This document shows positions 9,602 to 17,973 of a stretch of 64,000 nucleotides of DNA, piece after piece. Under the pieces are notes generated by a model that made no database searches, was not told where the DNA came from, and was given only the letters and a program-made list of their open reading frames with translations. The stretch's first letter is position 1, and every line of letters begins with the position of its first letter. The stretch is from an uncultured Candidatus Poseidoniales archaeon (GTDB lineage: Archaea > Thermoplasmatota > Poseidoniia > Poseidoniales > Thalassarchaeaceae). The stretch spans positions 860-64,859 of the forward strand of contig CAZYIX010000009.1 of assembly GCA_964647665.1 (NCBI GenBank), read 5' to 3'. Both the position numbers and the translations under genes were made by a program.

Positions 9602-9844
9602 TCAGCGGAAAACCACTGGCAGGCCGTCACGAAGTTCGGCGAATTCCTCTCCGGAATATCCGCCAGAACCCAGTGTTGATGAGATGAGCCATAGGATGTT
9701 GTTCCAAGTGTTCCCATCAGCGTGCAATTCAATCTGATTAGATGCAGCCAAATCAAGCAATATGCGAGCGTTGCTGCCGCCGTCGAGCATACCACGAACA
9801 ATAGTGGCTGCATCAACCGTGTAGCCGATTGCTCTTCCCTTCAC
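9602..9844 (-). CDS. hypothetical small protein (80 aa), possibly co-transcribed with the RHH/ParA genes
   Basis: Start is 5 nt after the stop of the RHH gene on the same strand; no recognisable motif; may be non-coding. Confidence 0.25.
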   Translation of the reverse strand: MKGRAIGYTVDAATIVRGMLDGGSNARILLDLAASNQIELHADGNTWNNILWLISSTLGSGGYSGEEFAELRDGLPVVFR

Positions 9845-9848
9845 TACT

Positions 9849-10091
9849 TCACCCCTGGAATGGTGATTGTTCTAGCCGTGCGACTAGGCTCTCTACATCG
9901 GTTTCTCCGACGTCGCGTAGCCTGTCACGCAATTTGTCAGCCTCGCCACGCATTTGTGCCATTCTGTATGTTTGTAGCACGTCTTGCAGAAGGTCGTCAA
10001 CGCTGCGATGATTACCCATCGCCCGCATAGAATTCAGTTGTCTGCGAACGTCAAAGGAGACGCTCACGGAAGTCATGTCTGGGGAACCCAT
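9849..10091 (-). CDS. small ribbon-helix-helix-like DNA-binding protein (SegB/ParG-like partner of ParA)
   Basis: 80 aa; beta-strand-like 'VSVSFDVRRQLN' followed by helical segments; immediately downstream of the ParA gene on the same strand. Confidence 0.4.
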   Translation of the reverse strand: MGSPDMTSVSVSFDVRRQLNSMRAMGNHRSVDDLLQDVLQTYRMAQMRGEADKLRDRLRDVGETDVESLVARLEQSPFQG

Positions 10092-10174
10092 TCTCTCACC
10101 GGCTCAGGAACAATCCCCTGCTATAACTAAGCCTACCGGTCTTACGTCCCACACATCCCACCGATTTAATGAAA

Positions 10175-11131
10175 TCAATGTTGCTGGGTTATTTTATGCA
10201 GTTTCAATCGGCTTGGCTCGGTAATGCCATAGCGTTGTCTGATTGCATTTCGTCTTCGATGTACCTCTTTTGAGAGGGCCCAGTACTGTTGACTGCCCTT
10301 GTTTGAACGAGTAGGCTTGCGGAGGATAGTGATTGGAGCACCTTCGCTTGGAGCAACAGCGATATCGATATTTCTCGGGATTACTGTTTGGAATACCTGT
10401 TTTTCGAAGTGCTTGCGCACTTCATCAGCGACCGTGTTACACAATTTGCTTTTCTGATACATGGTTAGAGCAATACCGAACAACTTGAGATGTGGGTTGA
10501 TGCGTCGCTGGATGAGTTTAATCGAATTCATCAGTTGACTCATGCCCTCCAATGCGTAGTATTCGGTCTGTACGGGGATTAGCACCCAGTTGGCTGCCGC
10601 CAACGCATTGATGGTTAGCAGTCCGAGGCTTGGAGGACAATCGATGATGATGTAGTCGAATGCTTCTATTGCTGGCGCAAGGCCTTCCTTCAGTCTAGTT
10701 TCGCGCCCGATTCGGGTTGCTAGTTCAATTTGCGCACCTGACAATTGAATGTTGCTTGGAAGCAGCCAAAGATTCTCCACCTTCAGGTGCTTTGGGACTT
10801 TTCGGTCCAGATTATTTTGTTTCCAAGCGGTCTGCATTGAGTCAGTGATAATCTCCGGACTGATGAGATAATCTTCCAGAATAGGTAATTCTTCCCCGAG
10901 GTCATTCATCAGCAGATCGTAAACCGTCCGTTCCATTTTGCTTTTATCGATACCAAAAGAGGTCGAGGCGTTGCCCTGAGGGTCTAGGTCGACTAGCAGA
11001 ACCTTCGCCGGAGGAAAGCCGTTAGCGGGGTCTCCCTGTGCAAGAGCACTCGCCACGTTTACAGCCGTAGTTGTCTTTGCGCAACCTCCCTTTTGGTTGG
11101 TTATAGCGATGACCATTTTGTATGGATCCAT
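10175..11131 (-). CDS. ParA/Soj/SegA-family partition ATPase
   Basis: Deviant Walker A 'ITNQKGGCAKTTTAVN', 'LLVDLDPQGNAS', 'IIIDCPPSLG' motifs; ATG (MDPYKMV...) at 11131 chosen; ORF track extends to 11206. Confidence 0.85.
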   Translation of the reverse strand: MDPYKMVIAITNQKGGCAKTTTAVNVASALAQGDPANGFPPAKVLLVDLDPQGNASTSFGIDKSKMERTVYDLLMNDLGEELPILEDYLISPEIITDSMQTAWKQNNLDRKVPKHLKVENLWLLPSNIQLSGAQIELATRIGRETRLKEGLAPAIEAFDYIIIDCPPSLGLLTINALAAANWVLIPVQTEYYALEGMSQLMNSIKLIQRRINPHLKLFGIALTMYQKSKLCNTVADEVRKHFEKQVFQTVIPRNIDIAVAPSEGAPITILRKPTRSNKGSQQYWALSKEVHRRRNAIRQRYGITEPSRLKLHKITQQH

Positions 11132-11245
11132 ACCAGCGAACTCCGGGCGACATAATACCCTCGTCGTCAGCCCTCTTTCAAAGAAGCGGAACGTAGCATC
11201 AGCCACGTCGGGTATTCAACAACTATCAGCAGCACTCAGTGACAA

Positions 11246-12274
11246 TCACTGGATGACAGGAACCGGGACCTCTGAGAGGATCTTACGCATGATGTGCATA
11301 CCGGTGATTCCACGAATCTTCGCCTCGGGCTTGAGCAATACACGGTGACTGCACACTTGCAGAGCAACACGCTTGATATCGTCGGGAATCACATAATCGC
11401 GACCTTCGATAGCAGCTGATGCGCGCCCGGTCTTGAACAGAGACTGGCTAGCACGCGGCGATGCACCGGTGATGACCCGGTGGTCCTCACGAGAGCGCTG
11501 CACAACTTCGACGATGTAAGAGAGGATTGCAGGGTCGATGTGAACGGTCTCAAGAGCCTTCTGCATCGCGACGACTTTCTTCGGAGAGGTAATCTGTGCC
11601 ACATCGTGGTCATCCTTTCCTCGCAGTTTCCTGCGGGCTAGAATCGCCTTTTCCTCAGCCCGGTCCGGGTATCCCATTGACATCTTCATCAGGAATCGGT
11701 CCATCTGTGCTTCAGGTAGCGGGTAGGTTCCTTCCTGCTCGATTGGGTTTTGAGTAGCGGAGGTGACGAAAGGTGCCGGCAACTTGTGGGTGATACCCTC
11801 AATTGTAACCTGCTTTTCTTCCATTGCCTCAAGAAGTGCTGCCTGTGTCTTGGGTGGAGCACGGTTAATCTCGTCAGCGAGTAGAATGTTGGTGAACAGT
11901 GGTCCAGGTCGGAGTTTGAACTCGCCTGCCTGCTGGTCATACATGTAGGTCCCCATGATATCGCTTGGGAGTAGGTCCGGAGTGAATTGCACACGCTTGA
12001 ATTTGCAACCGAGCGCACGTGCGAAGGTGTTGGCTAGCAAGGTCTTCGCTAGTCCGGGGAAATCTTCCAGCAGCATGTTGCCATTGGATAGGATACCGAT
12101 GGTGACTCGGAACAGATTTTCCTCCTTGCCGATGATGACCTTTGCAACTTCTTGCATCAAGGCATTTGAGATTGCGCTCACAGTGGAAATCAGGTCTTTG
12201 GTGCGACCCGCACCTGCTGCTTGTGCCATTCCTGCCGACATTATTTCACCAACTGAACTCTGAACCCAACTCAC
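11246..12274 (-). CDS. MoxR-family AAA+ ATPase
   Basis: 'GLAKTLLANTFARALG' Walker A region, 'ILLADEINRAPPKTQAALLEAMEEKQVTIEG' MoxR signature, sensor-2 region; GTG start. Confidence 0.85.
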   Translation of the reverse strand: MSWVQSSVGEIMSAGMAQAAGAGRTKDLISTVSAISNALMQEVAKVIIGKEENLFRVTIGILSNGNMLLEDFPGLAKTLLANTFARALGCKFKRVQFTPDLLPSDIMGTYMYDQQAGEFKLRPGPLFTNILLADEINRAPPKTQAALLEAMEEKQVTIEGITHKLPAPFVTSATQNPIEQEGTYPLPEAQMDRFLMKMSMGYPDRAEEKAILARRKLRGKDDHDVAQITSPKKVVAMQKALETVHIDPAILSYIVEVVQRSREDHRVITGASPRASQSLFKTGRASAAIEGRDYVIPDDIKRVALQVCSHRVLLKPEAKIRGITGMHIMRKILSEVPVPVIQ

Positions 12275-12323
12275 GACCCGTTGGATTCGCTTTTCAAGGT
12301 TGGGGGTTTAGAGGTCAAGCATG

Positions 12324-12342
12324 CATCCCCCAAAGGGGGATG
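12324..12342. other. perfect hairpin catccccc-aaa-gggggatg between aIF5B stop and MoxR start
   Basis: 8-bp inverted repeat with 3-nt loop read directly; same C-run/AAA/G-run type as the hairpins at 30747-30766 and 32942-32964. Confidence 0.5.
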
Positions 12343-12366
12343 ATAAAACCGGCTTCGGTACACTGT

Positions 12367-14166
12367 TTAGCGTCCCCAGAAATGGTCATCCTTTCGATGA
12401 AGTAGAGTAAGTTCCTCAAGGATTTCCTCCTCTGCGGATGTCAACTCAATCTTACGGAGTTGTCGAGCGTGAGAAGCGGGTATATCGACCAGGAGAACAT
12501 CTTCTTCATCGATACCCCGACCAACCACAGCCCCCTCTATGGCTAAGGCGACTTCATCACCTTGAGTGGATTCCTTCAGAGAATTGTCTGCAATTCTAAT
12601 CGACTTTACGCGACCGACTTTCTCTCCGGTGAGTGTCAACAATCTTTGTCCAATGTGGATGCGACCTCCAAGAACTCTCACTCCGACCACGGCCGGTCCG
12701 GAGCGGCGGAAGATGTGGTCCTTGAGAATGAGAATCTTGCCGGGATGAACAACCAATCCACGTTTTTCCTCCTCAATTTCCTCGCCGCGCTTCTCCTGCC
12801 ATTCAGTGAAGGTATCGAGGATGTGGTAGATGACATCAGAAGTGATGTGAATCACCTCACTGTCTCCACTTGCTAATTCTTCTTCAGTTTCTGCTTGAAC
12901 ACCGGTAGAGAATGCGAGAATGGCCTTGTGTAGAGGTTCAGGAGCGGCTTCAGCAGCTCTGAGGTCTCGCTTGTTCACTGGGCCGATGCCTGCGTGGCGG
13001 ATTGGTATTTCCACCGCTCGTAACTCAAAGGCGAGAGCCTCCAAGCCACCTAGGGTATCGGCCTTGATGACAATGCCAGCCTCCTCATCCAATTCGATGC
13101 TGATCTCGGATTCTTCTGCAGCAGCGTCGATTGCGGCCTGCCGAGCCTCATCATCATCCGCTGGCAACACTCTGAGGGTAGTGCCAGCAAGTACCCCGGC
13201 AAGGTCTGGCGCAGAGAGTTTGAGTCCGGCAGCAGGTTCGACCGAATCCACAGTATCCCAACGGTCGCCAGCATCCCGCATCTCTGCCATTCCGCGAGGT
13301 CGGAACAGTCCACGTACCCGGGTGACGACGGGTCCGGCTTCAGTAGCGAGTACAATCTCATCGCCCTTCGAGATGGTTCCTCTGTACAGGATGACGTCCA
13401 GTGTCTTACCCATGCCTCTTTCTTCCTTTATCTCAAGGACGGTGCCTTCGGCATGTCCCTCGACATCTGAGAGTTGCTCTTCTAGAAACCTCTCGGCTAG
13501 GCCTATGGTAACCGCGAGCAGGTCCTGCATTCCTTCGCCTTCCTTGGCGGAGCAGGGTACCATCGCAATGGTTTGGGTGAAATCGTCTATCTTGGTATAG
13601 AGGTCTAGATTAAATCCATGTTCAGCAAATTCGCCCACTAGATCCCAAAAGCGTTGCTCGAATAACCCAGAAGCGTGTGCGTCTTGGTCCTTCATTGAGG
13701 CGACAGCGGAGCGACCAGCCTCGGAGTGCCATCCATGAATCCTATCGGTTTTGTTGGCACAAACGATGAATGGTGTCTTGGCTTGCTTGAGGATACGAAT
13801 TGATTCCAACGTCTGCGGCTGACATCCTTCCATGATATCAATGACGAGAATTGCGATGTCGGCCAAAGAGCCACCACGAGTGCGCAGTGTGGAGAATGAG
13901 TGGTGACCGGGGGTGTCAATGAACAATAGCCCCGGTGATGAGAATTCATTGCCCCCCATCAGTGGGGTACACAATTTATTCAACAGGCTTGCTGGGACTT
14001 CGGTTGCACCTATGTGTTGGGTGATTCCTCCAGCCTCACGCGCCATCACGGAGGCTTGCCTATCAAGGCCGAGTGACCGAATGTAGTCGAGAACGCTGGT
14101 TTTACCGTGGTCAACATGACCTAGAACCGCTACGATGGGCTGACGTCTTGAAGTCAAACATATCAC
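12367..14166 (-). CDS. infB: translation initiation factor aIF5B (IF-2 homolog)
   Basis: G1 'VLGHVDHGKTSVLD', G3 'IDTPGH', G4 'NKTD'; about 600 aa, typical archaeal aIF5B with no intein; located next to ndk and the L24e/S28e/L7Ae genes. Confidence 0.9.
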   Translation of the reverse strand: MICLTSRRQPIVAVLGHVDHGKTSVLDYIRSLGLDRQASVMAREAGGITQHIGATEVPASLLNKLCTPLMGGNEFSSPGLLFIDTPGHHSFSTLRTRGGSLADIAILVIDIMEGCQPQTLESIRILKQAKTPFIVCANKTDRIHGWHSEAGRSAVASMKDQDAHASGLFEQRFWDLVGEFAEHGFNLDLYTKIDDFTQTIAMVPCSAKEGEGMQDLLAVTIGLAERFLEEQLSDVEGHAEGTVLEIKEERGMGKTLDVILYRGTISKGDEIVLATEAGPVVTRVRGLFRPRGMAEMRDAGDRWDTVDSVEPAAGLKLSAPDLAGVLAGTTLRVLPADDDEARQAAIDAAAEESEISIELDEEAGIVIKADTLGGLEALAFELRAVEIPIRHAGIGPVNKRDLRAAEAAPEPLHKAILAFSTGVQAETEEELASGDSEVIHITSDVIYHILDTFTEWQEKRGEEIEEEKRGLVVHPGKILILKDHIFRRSGPAVVGVRVLGGRIHIGQRLLTLTGEKVGRVKSIRIADNSLKESTQGDEVALAIEGAVVGRGIDEEDVLLVDIPASHARQLRKIELTSAEEEILEELTLLHRKDDHFWGR

Positions 14167-14186
14167 GCCCCTCTCTTTTCATGAAA

Positions 14187-14633
14187 TCACTCGTAGACCC
14201 AATCCTCAGAGTGATTAGTCCAATCAACCTCTCCCTCTGGGAACCAAAGCCCCAATTCAAAGGCGGCGGTATCTTCACCATCACTGCCGTGGATGATGTT
14301 GTGACCAATATCCATTGCGTAGTCACCGCGGATGGTACCTGGTGCGGCTTGGCGCCCGTCGGTAGGCCCGATGAGGTTGCGAGCGACCGAAATAGCGTCT
14401 ACGCCGCTCCAAGCCATTGCTACCACTGGACCTGAGGTGATGAATTCGATTAGACCGGGGTAGAATGGCCGTTCATTGTGGACCTCATAGTGTGCCGCAG
14501 CCAACTGTTTACTCGGAATGAGTTGGCGCAGGCTGACAAGTCGCAATCCTTTGAGTTCAAAACGGGAGATTATCTCTCCAACTAGACCTCGTTGTACTCC
14601 GTCAGGTTTGATCATCACGAATGTGGTTTGCAT
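14187..14633 (-). CDS. ndk: nucleoside diphosphate kinase
   Basis: '[22 protein letters not shown]...NIIHGSD' active-site His motif. Confidence 0.92.
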   Translation of the reverse strand: MQTTFVMIKPDGVQRGLVGEIISRFELKGLRLVSLRQLIPSKQLAAAHYEVHNERPFYPGLIEFITSGPVVAMAWSGVDAISVARNLIGPTDGRQAAPGTIRGDYAMDIGHNIIHGSDGEDTAAFELGLWFPEGEVDWTNHSEDWVYE

Positions 14634-14727
14634 ATATATCTCCGGAGCGGGCGACCAACCACCCCTATTTCAGTCAAGCGACGGCCTTGATGGGCCAGAA
14701 GCAGGCTAAACCAGCCTAGCGAGCCAT

Positions 14728-14919
14728 TCACTGGGTTCCGCCTTTCACGTAGTGGCGGGTCCACTTGACCTTGCGTGGGTTGCGCCGCAACTTCAGGTGG
14801 TTTTTGCGGGCCTTGGAGTCCTTGAACCAGAACACTGCACCGTCTCGCTTGACGAACATGATTCCAGTACCAGGCTCAATTTCTTCGCCTGAGAAATTGC
14901 AGATACGTCGCTCAGCCAT
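14728..14919 (-). CDS. rpl24e: 50S ribosomal protein L24e
   Basis: 'RICNFSGEEIEPGTGIMFVKRDGAVFWFKDSKARKN' L24e/TRASH signature. Confidence 0.9.
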   Translation of the reverse strand: MAERRICNFSGEEIEPGTGIMFVKRDGAVFWFKDSKARKNHLKLRRNPRKVKWTRHYVKGGTQ

Positions 14920-14929
14920 CTATTTCACC

Positions 14930-15148
14930 TCAGCGAACGTTGAGTTTGCGTGCTTCACGACCGGTGTCTCGCAGCATCAAGATGTCACCGACTCTAATCG
15001 GACCGACGACATTTCTAGTGATGATGCGACCGATGTCACGTGGATTTGGTGCATCATTTACTCTGACTTTTACCTGAGTGGCCTCTCCGGTCATACCGGT
15101 TCTGCCGACCACTTCGACGACTTCTGCGGGCCATCCTTCCTGAACCAT
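14930..15148 (-). CDS. rps28e: 30S ribosomal protein S28e
   Basis: '[28 protein letters not shown]...[22 protein letters not shown]' matches S28e. Confidence 0.9.
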   Translation of the reverse strand: MVQEGWPAEVVEVVGRTGMTGEATQVKVRVNDAPNPRDIGRIITRNVVGPIRVGDILMLRDTGREARKLNVR

Positions 15149-15180
15149 TCTGATTCCTCCTTAGGACTTATTCAAACTGT

Positions 15181-15561
15181 TCAGGCTCCAAGTGAATCAG
15201 CGTGGTCCTTGACTTTGGAGTATTGGTCGTTGGCTCCCTTGGCTATTTCCATCACGGCAATTGCCGCAGTCTTTGCGCCGTTGGACATACCAGCGGCTTC
15301 AGCCAGATACGATTGGTCTTCGACGTAGATGAACGGGATTTTCTTCTCCTTGCAAATCAGCGGGATGTGCGCTAGCAGTTCGGACGGGTTGACGTTCTCA
15401 GCCATGACAACCATCTGCGCAGTACCGCGTTCGGCTGCCTTGGTGACCTCGTTACTACCCCTCTTCAGACGGCCATTTCCGTCGCGACCGACAAGCTTGA
15501 CTAGTTCGTAGACCGAGTCCTGTACGTCCTTAGGCGTTTCAAAAGCAATGTGTACACTCAT
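15181..15561 (-). CDS. rpl7ae: 50S ribosomal protein L7Ae (also a box C/D and H/ACA sRNP component)
   Basis: 'ELVKLVGRDGNGRLKRGSNEVTKAAERGTAQMVVMAENV' L7Ae/L30e signature; SD 'gaggag' 8 nt upstream of the ATG. Confidence 0.9.
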   Translation of the reverse strand: MSVHIAFETPKDVQDSVYELVKLVGRDGNGRLKRGSNEVTKAAERGTAQMVVMAENVNPSELLAHIPLICKEKKIPFIYVEDQSYLAEAAGMSNGAKTAAIAVMEIAKGANDQYSKVKDHADSLGA

Positions 15562-15602
15562 TGGATTCTCTCCTCATGTAGGCAGCCTGCCGAGGGCGTG
15601 TC

Positions 15603-15612
15603 GTGTATAAAC
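15603..15612 (-). promoter_or_regulatory. candidate TATA box (TTTATA on the minus strand) about 45 nt upstream of the L7Ae start
   Basis: Plus-strand 'tgtataaacg' read directly; spacing compatible with a short SD-containing leader. Confidence 0.3.
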
Positions 15613-15649
15613 GCAACGGAGCCCCCGGGGGGGGTTGCCGTATAGGCAA

Positions 15650-16588
15650 TCACTGAGATTGTTCTAGCAAACGGCGTATTCCGCGAGCTATTGCAGGTGC
15701 TGCACTGACGGATGAACGGGGGTTGGGAAGCGAGTCTGTTGCGAACACACCGTCGACGTGTTCTGACAACCTAGTTATGGCGCCGCCGGTGAACAAACCG
15801 TGGGTGCAGGTGGCGTGAACCTCCTTCGCACCCTGACGCCGCAGAGCATCACTGGCTTTGCAGATGGTCCCACCTGTGCTAATCATGTCATCAACGATTG
15901 CAACGATTGAGCCATCTACATCGAGGTCCTTGGGGATATGTTCGATGGTGTGGGCATCAATTCTTTTCTTCTCAAGGTAGGAAAAATTGCACCCAATTAT
16001 TTCTGCTACCGTACTTGCCCTCTCGATGGCACCCTTGTCGGGACTCAGGATGAAATCTGGTTTCACATTCGCTTGTAGATAAGCAGCGATTTCAGGCATA
16101 GATGAGACGAATTCCACCGGTGTCTCGAGGTTCTCAAGCACCAGTGGGGAATGCAGGTCGAGTACAATCAATCCGTCACAACGCAGCGTGAGTAATCGAG
16201 CGAGCAGCATTGCTGAGATTACCTCACCCTGTTGAAAGCGCTTATCCTGCCTGCTATAGCCGAAGTATGGGACAGCGAGGAAAATACCTGGCCCTACCGG
16301 GTCAATATTGTCTGACCCAGAACCCTGTAGGTTTTGCAGGTCACCACTTCGTACATCGTGGACAGCCTCCAACAATAGCAGTGCTTCGACAATCCCAGAA
16401 TCAGGGAATGTAGTGGCTACGACAACAACAGGTTCGGAGCGGACAGCCTCAATGCTTCCCTTCGGTACCCGTACGTAGCCCTCAGAATCAGGGAATCGCC
16501 GTACCTCGAGGGGGTGATGGCTCCATGCAAGTTCGGCAGCGAGCGCAGCAGAGAGTTCCCTCGTATTGCTGCCAGAGACTACCGGCAT
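15650..16588 (-). CDS. prs: ribose-phosphate pyrophosphokinase (PRPP synthetase)
   Basis: 'IVDDMISTGGTICKASDALRRQGAKEV' PRPP-binding motif, 'VLDLHS' motif; internal Met (MPVVSGSNTRELS) taken as start; ORF track extends to 16651. Confidence 0.85.
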   Translation of the reverse strand: MPVVSGSNTRELSAALAAELAWSHHPLEVRRFPDSEGYVRVPKGSIEAVRSEPVVVVATTFPDSGIVEALLLLEAVHDVRSGDLQNLQGSGSDNIDPVGPGIFLAVPYFGYSRQDKRFQQGEVISAMLLARLLTLRCDGLIVLDLHSPLVLENLETPVEFVSSMPEIAAYLQANVKPDFILSPDKGAIERASTVAEIIGCNFSYLEKKRIDAHTIEHIPKDLDVDGSIVAIVDDMISTGGTICKASDALRRQGAKEVHATCTHGLFTGGAITRLSEHVDGVFATDSLPNPRSSVSAAPAIARGIRRLLEQSQ

Positions 16589-16684
16589 CCCATCCCTCGC
16601 GGTGAAGTCGGAGGGACGGCCCTTCATGGGCATTTCCGTATGTCCAATCAACCCTGTTATGGCGAAAACGAGGTATATTTGGGA

Positions 16685-16759
16685 TGGACGAGGCAGGATT
16701 TGAACCTGCGGCCTCCCGGTTATCAGCCGGGTGCTCCAGCCAACCTAAGCTACCCGTCC
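16685..16759 (-). tRNA. tRNA-Ile (anticodon GAT), no encoded CCA
   Basis: Reverse complement GGACGGGTAGCTTAGGTTGGCTGGAGCACCCGGCTGATAACCGGGAGGCCGCAGGTTCAAATCCTGCCTCGTCCA folds into a cloverleaf: 7-bp acceptor, anticodon stem CCCGG/CCGGG with loop CTGATAA, T arm GCAGG-TTCAAAT-CCTGC. Confidence 0.85.
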
Positions 16760-16841
16760 AAGGGCAACCGGCCCACTGAGGGGGGTGAAATAACCGTGAC
16801 GGTAACCACTCGGCCCCAAATCAGGCTGATTCTGAGCCCAC

Positions 16842-17414
16842 TCACTGGTTAATCTGCATGTAACTTGGCAGATTGCGAAGTTTTGCGAACGTGCGCGAGA
16901 GGACTATTTCGTCGAGCCTCGAGCGCGTGCGTGCGAGCGCAGTTACTGGAATATTCAGAGTCTCATCGAGTTCGAGGCGTCGACGAACATTCGAACGAAC
17001 TTTCACCACAATACCGCGGTAAGTTCGCTTGACCTTCACCAAATCGATTACCACGCCCAATTCAAGACCATCATCATCGAGGACGGCCCTGTCGATGAGT
17101 TCGTCGGGAGCGTAGAGTTGCTCCTCAATTCTCACCGTGTTTCTCCACCTTCGCTGTAGTTCTCGCATCGATTTGGATAGCTTTACTGAGCCATCATTCT
17201 GTATCGAGTGCACTAATTCCTTTGAGAGTGGTGCGTATTCTGCAGGTTTTCGCATGTATTCTTCAGCAACGTCCGGTTCCACCTGGATCCGCATCGACCT
17301 TACTCGTTCTTCATTCGGGTGATATCGTTCTCCTACAATTACACCAACTCGCTTCTGGTTCACAAAAACCTCTCGCTGCAGTAATTCCTGTATGCGATAG
17401 TCATCATCTGTCAT
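16842..17414 (-). CDS. hypothetical protein, possibly PRC-barrel domain-containing
   Basis: 'VLDDDGLELGVVIDLVKVKRTYRGIVVKV' resembles the PRC-barrel pattern; weak. Confidence 0.35.
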   Translation of the reverse strand: MTDDDYRIQELLQREVFVNQKRVGVIVGERYHPNEERVRSMRIQVEPDVAEEYMRKPAEYAPLSKELVHSIQNDGSVKLSKSMRELQRRWRNTVRIEEQLYAPDELIDRAVLDDDGLELGVVIDLVKVKRTYRGIVVKVRSNVRRRLELDETLNIPVTALARTRSRLDEIVLSRTFAKLRNLPSYMQINQ

Positions 17415-17973
17415 TTCTCATCATCTCCTTTGTTGCGCATCCCATATGCCCGAGCCTAGTACGTTTGGAACCGGCTATTAAATGATACCCAAGAAGTAAC
17501 TTCTGTTATTCAATTGAAAATGACTGATAATCACAGATTTCTCAATTGATTATACGATTTATATCAGTGGTACCAGTATTGCGATTTCAATTGATTATTG
17601 GGCTGAATAAGCAGTTTATCAGCCAATTGGATTCCGTTTTTTCCAGTTGTGGGTGGTTAAGTTTTGCAATTGGAATGGCTGATAATCTACCAATGTGGCT
17701 GATAATACCCGATCTGGTTCTTGAGGCCAAAAAATTGGCCACACCAATTGATTTCTGCTGGAACGGGCTCCGGCAGAACGTGGGGGCGGTTGAACCAGCA
17801 GTGGGAGAATACCTTGCAATATCTCGTAAAATTACCAATTAGAAATTGAATTATTCAATTGGAAAAAGTCATTATCTTGGCTGTGGGGGGATTAGAACTG
17901 AATAACTGAATAATTCATCGCATTCAATTGTGGTTAAGACTATGTGGAGTCCAATGTAGCCACTACTGATTAG
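17415..17973. promoter_or_regulatory. AT-rich divergent intergenic region carrying a cluster of CAATTG palindromes and ctgataat repeats
   Basis: CAATTG at 17511, 17543, 17588, 17624, 17667, 17745, 17856, 17925, plus near-sites; 'ctgataat' three times; lies between divergently oriented genes. Confidence 0.6.

Noticed and set aside
15611-15640. ggagcccccggggggggttgcc G/C-run palindrome upstream of L7Ae, considered as a strong terminator.
   Set aside because: The self-complementary C5/G8 run gives only a short 4-bp stem with a minimal loop and no flanking T-tract. It is more likely part of the 5' leader or promoter spacer.
16514-16852. ORFs overlapping the two tRNA genes (16514-16852 plus strand; 56381-56614 minus strand).
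   Set aside because: They overlap structured tRNA sequence and intergenic DNA, have no motifs, and are judged spurious.
17415-17973. The AT-rich repeat-laden region, considered as a chromosomal replication origin.
   Set aside because: No orc1/cdc6 gene is adjacent and the repeats do not resemble ORB/mini-ORB elements. An operator or iteron array for a regulator is preferred, but the origin hypothesis is not fully excluded without genome-wide skew data.
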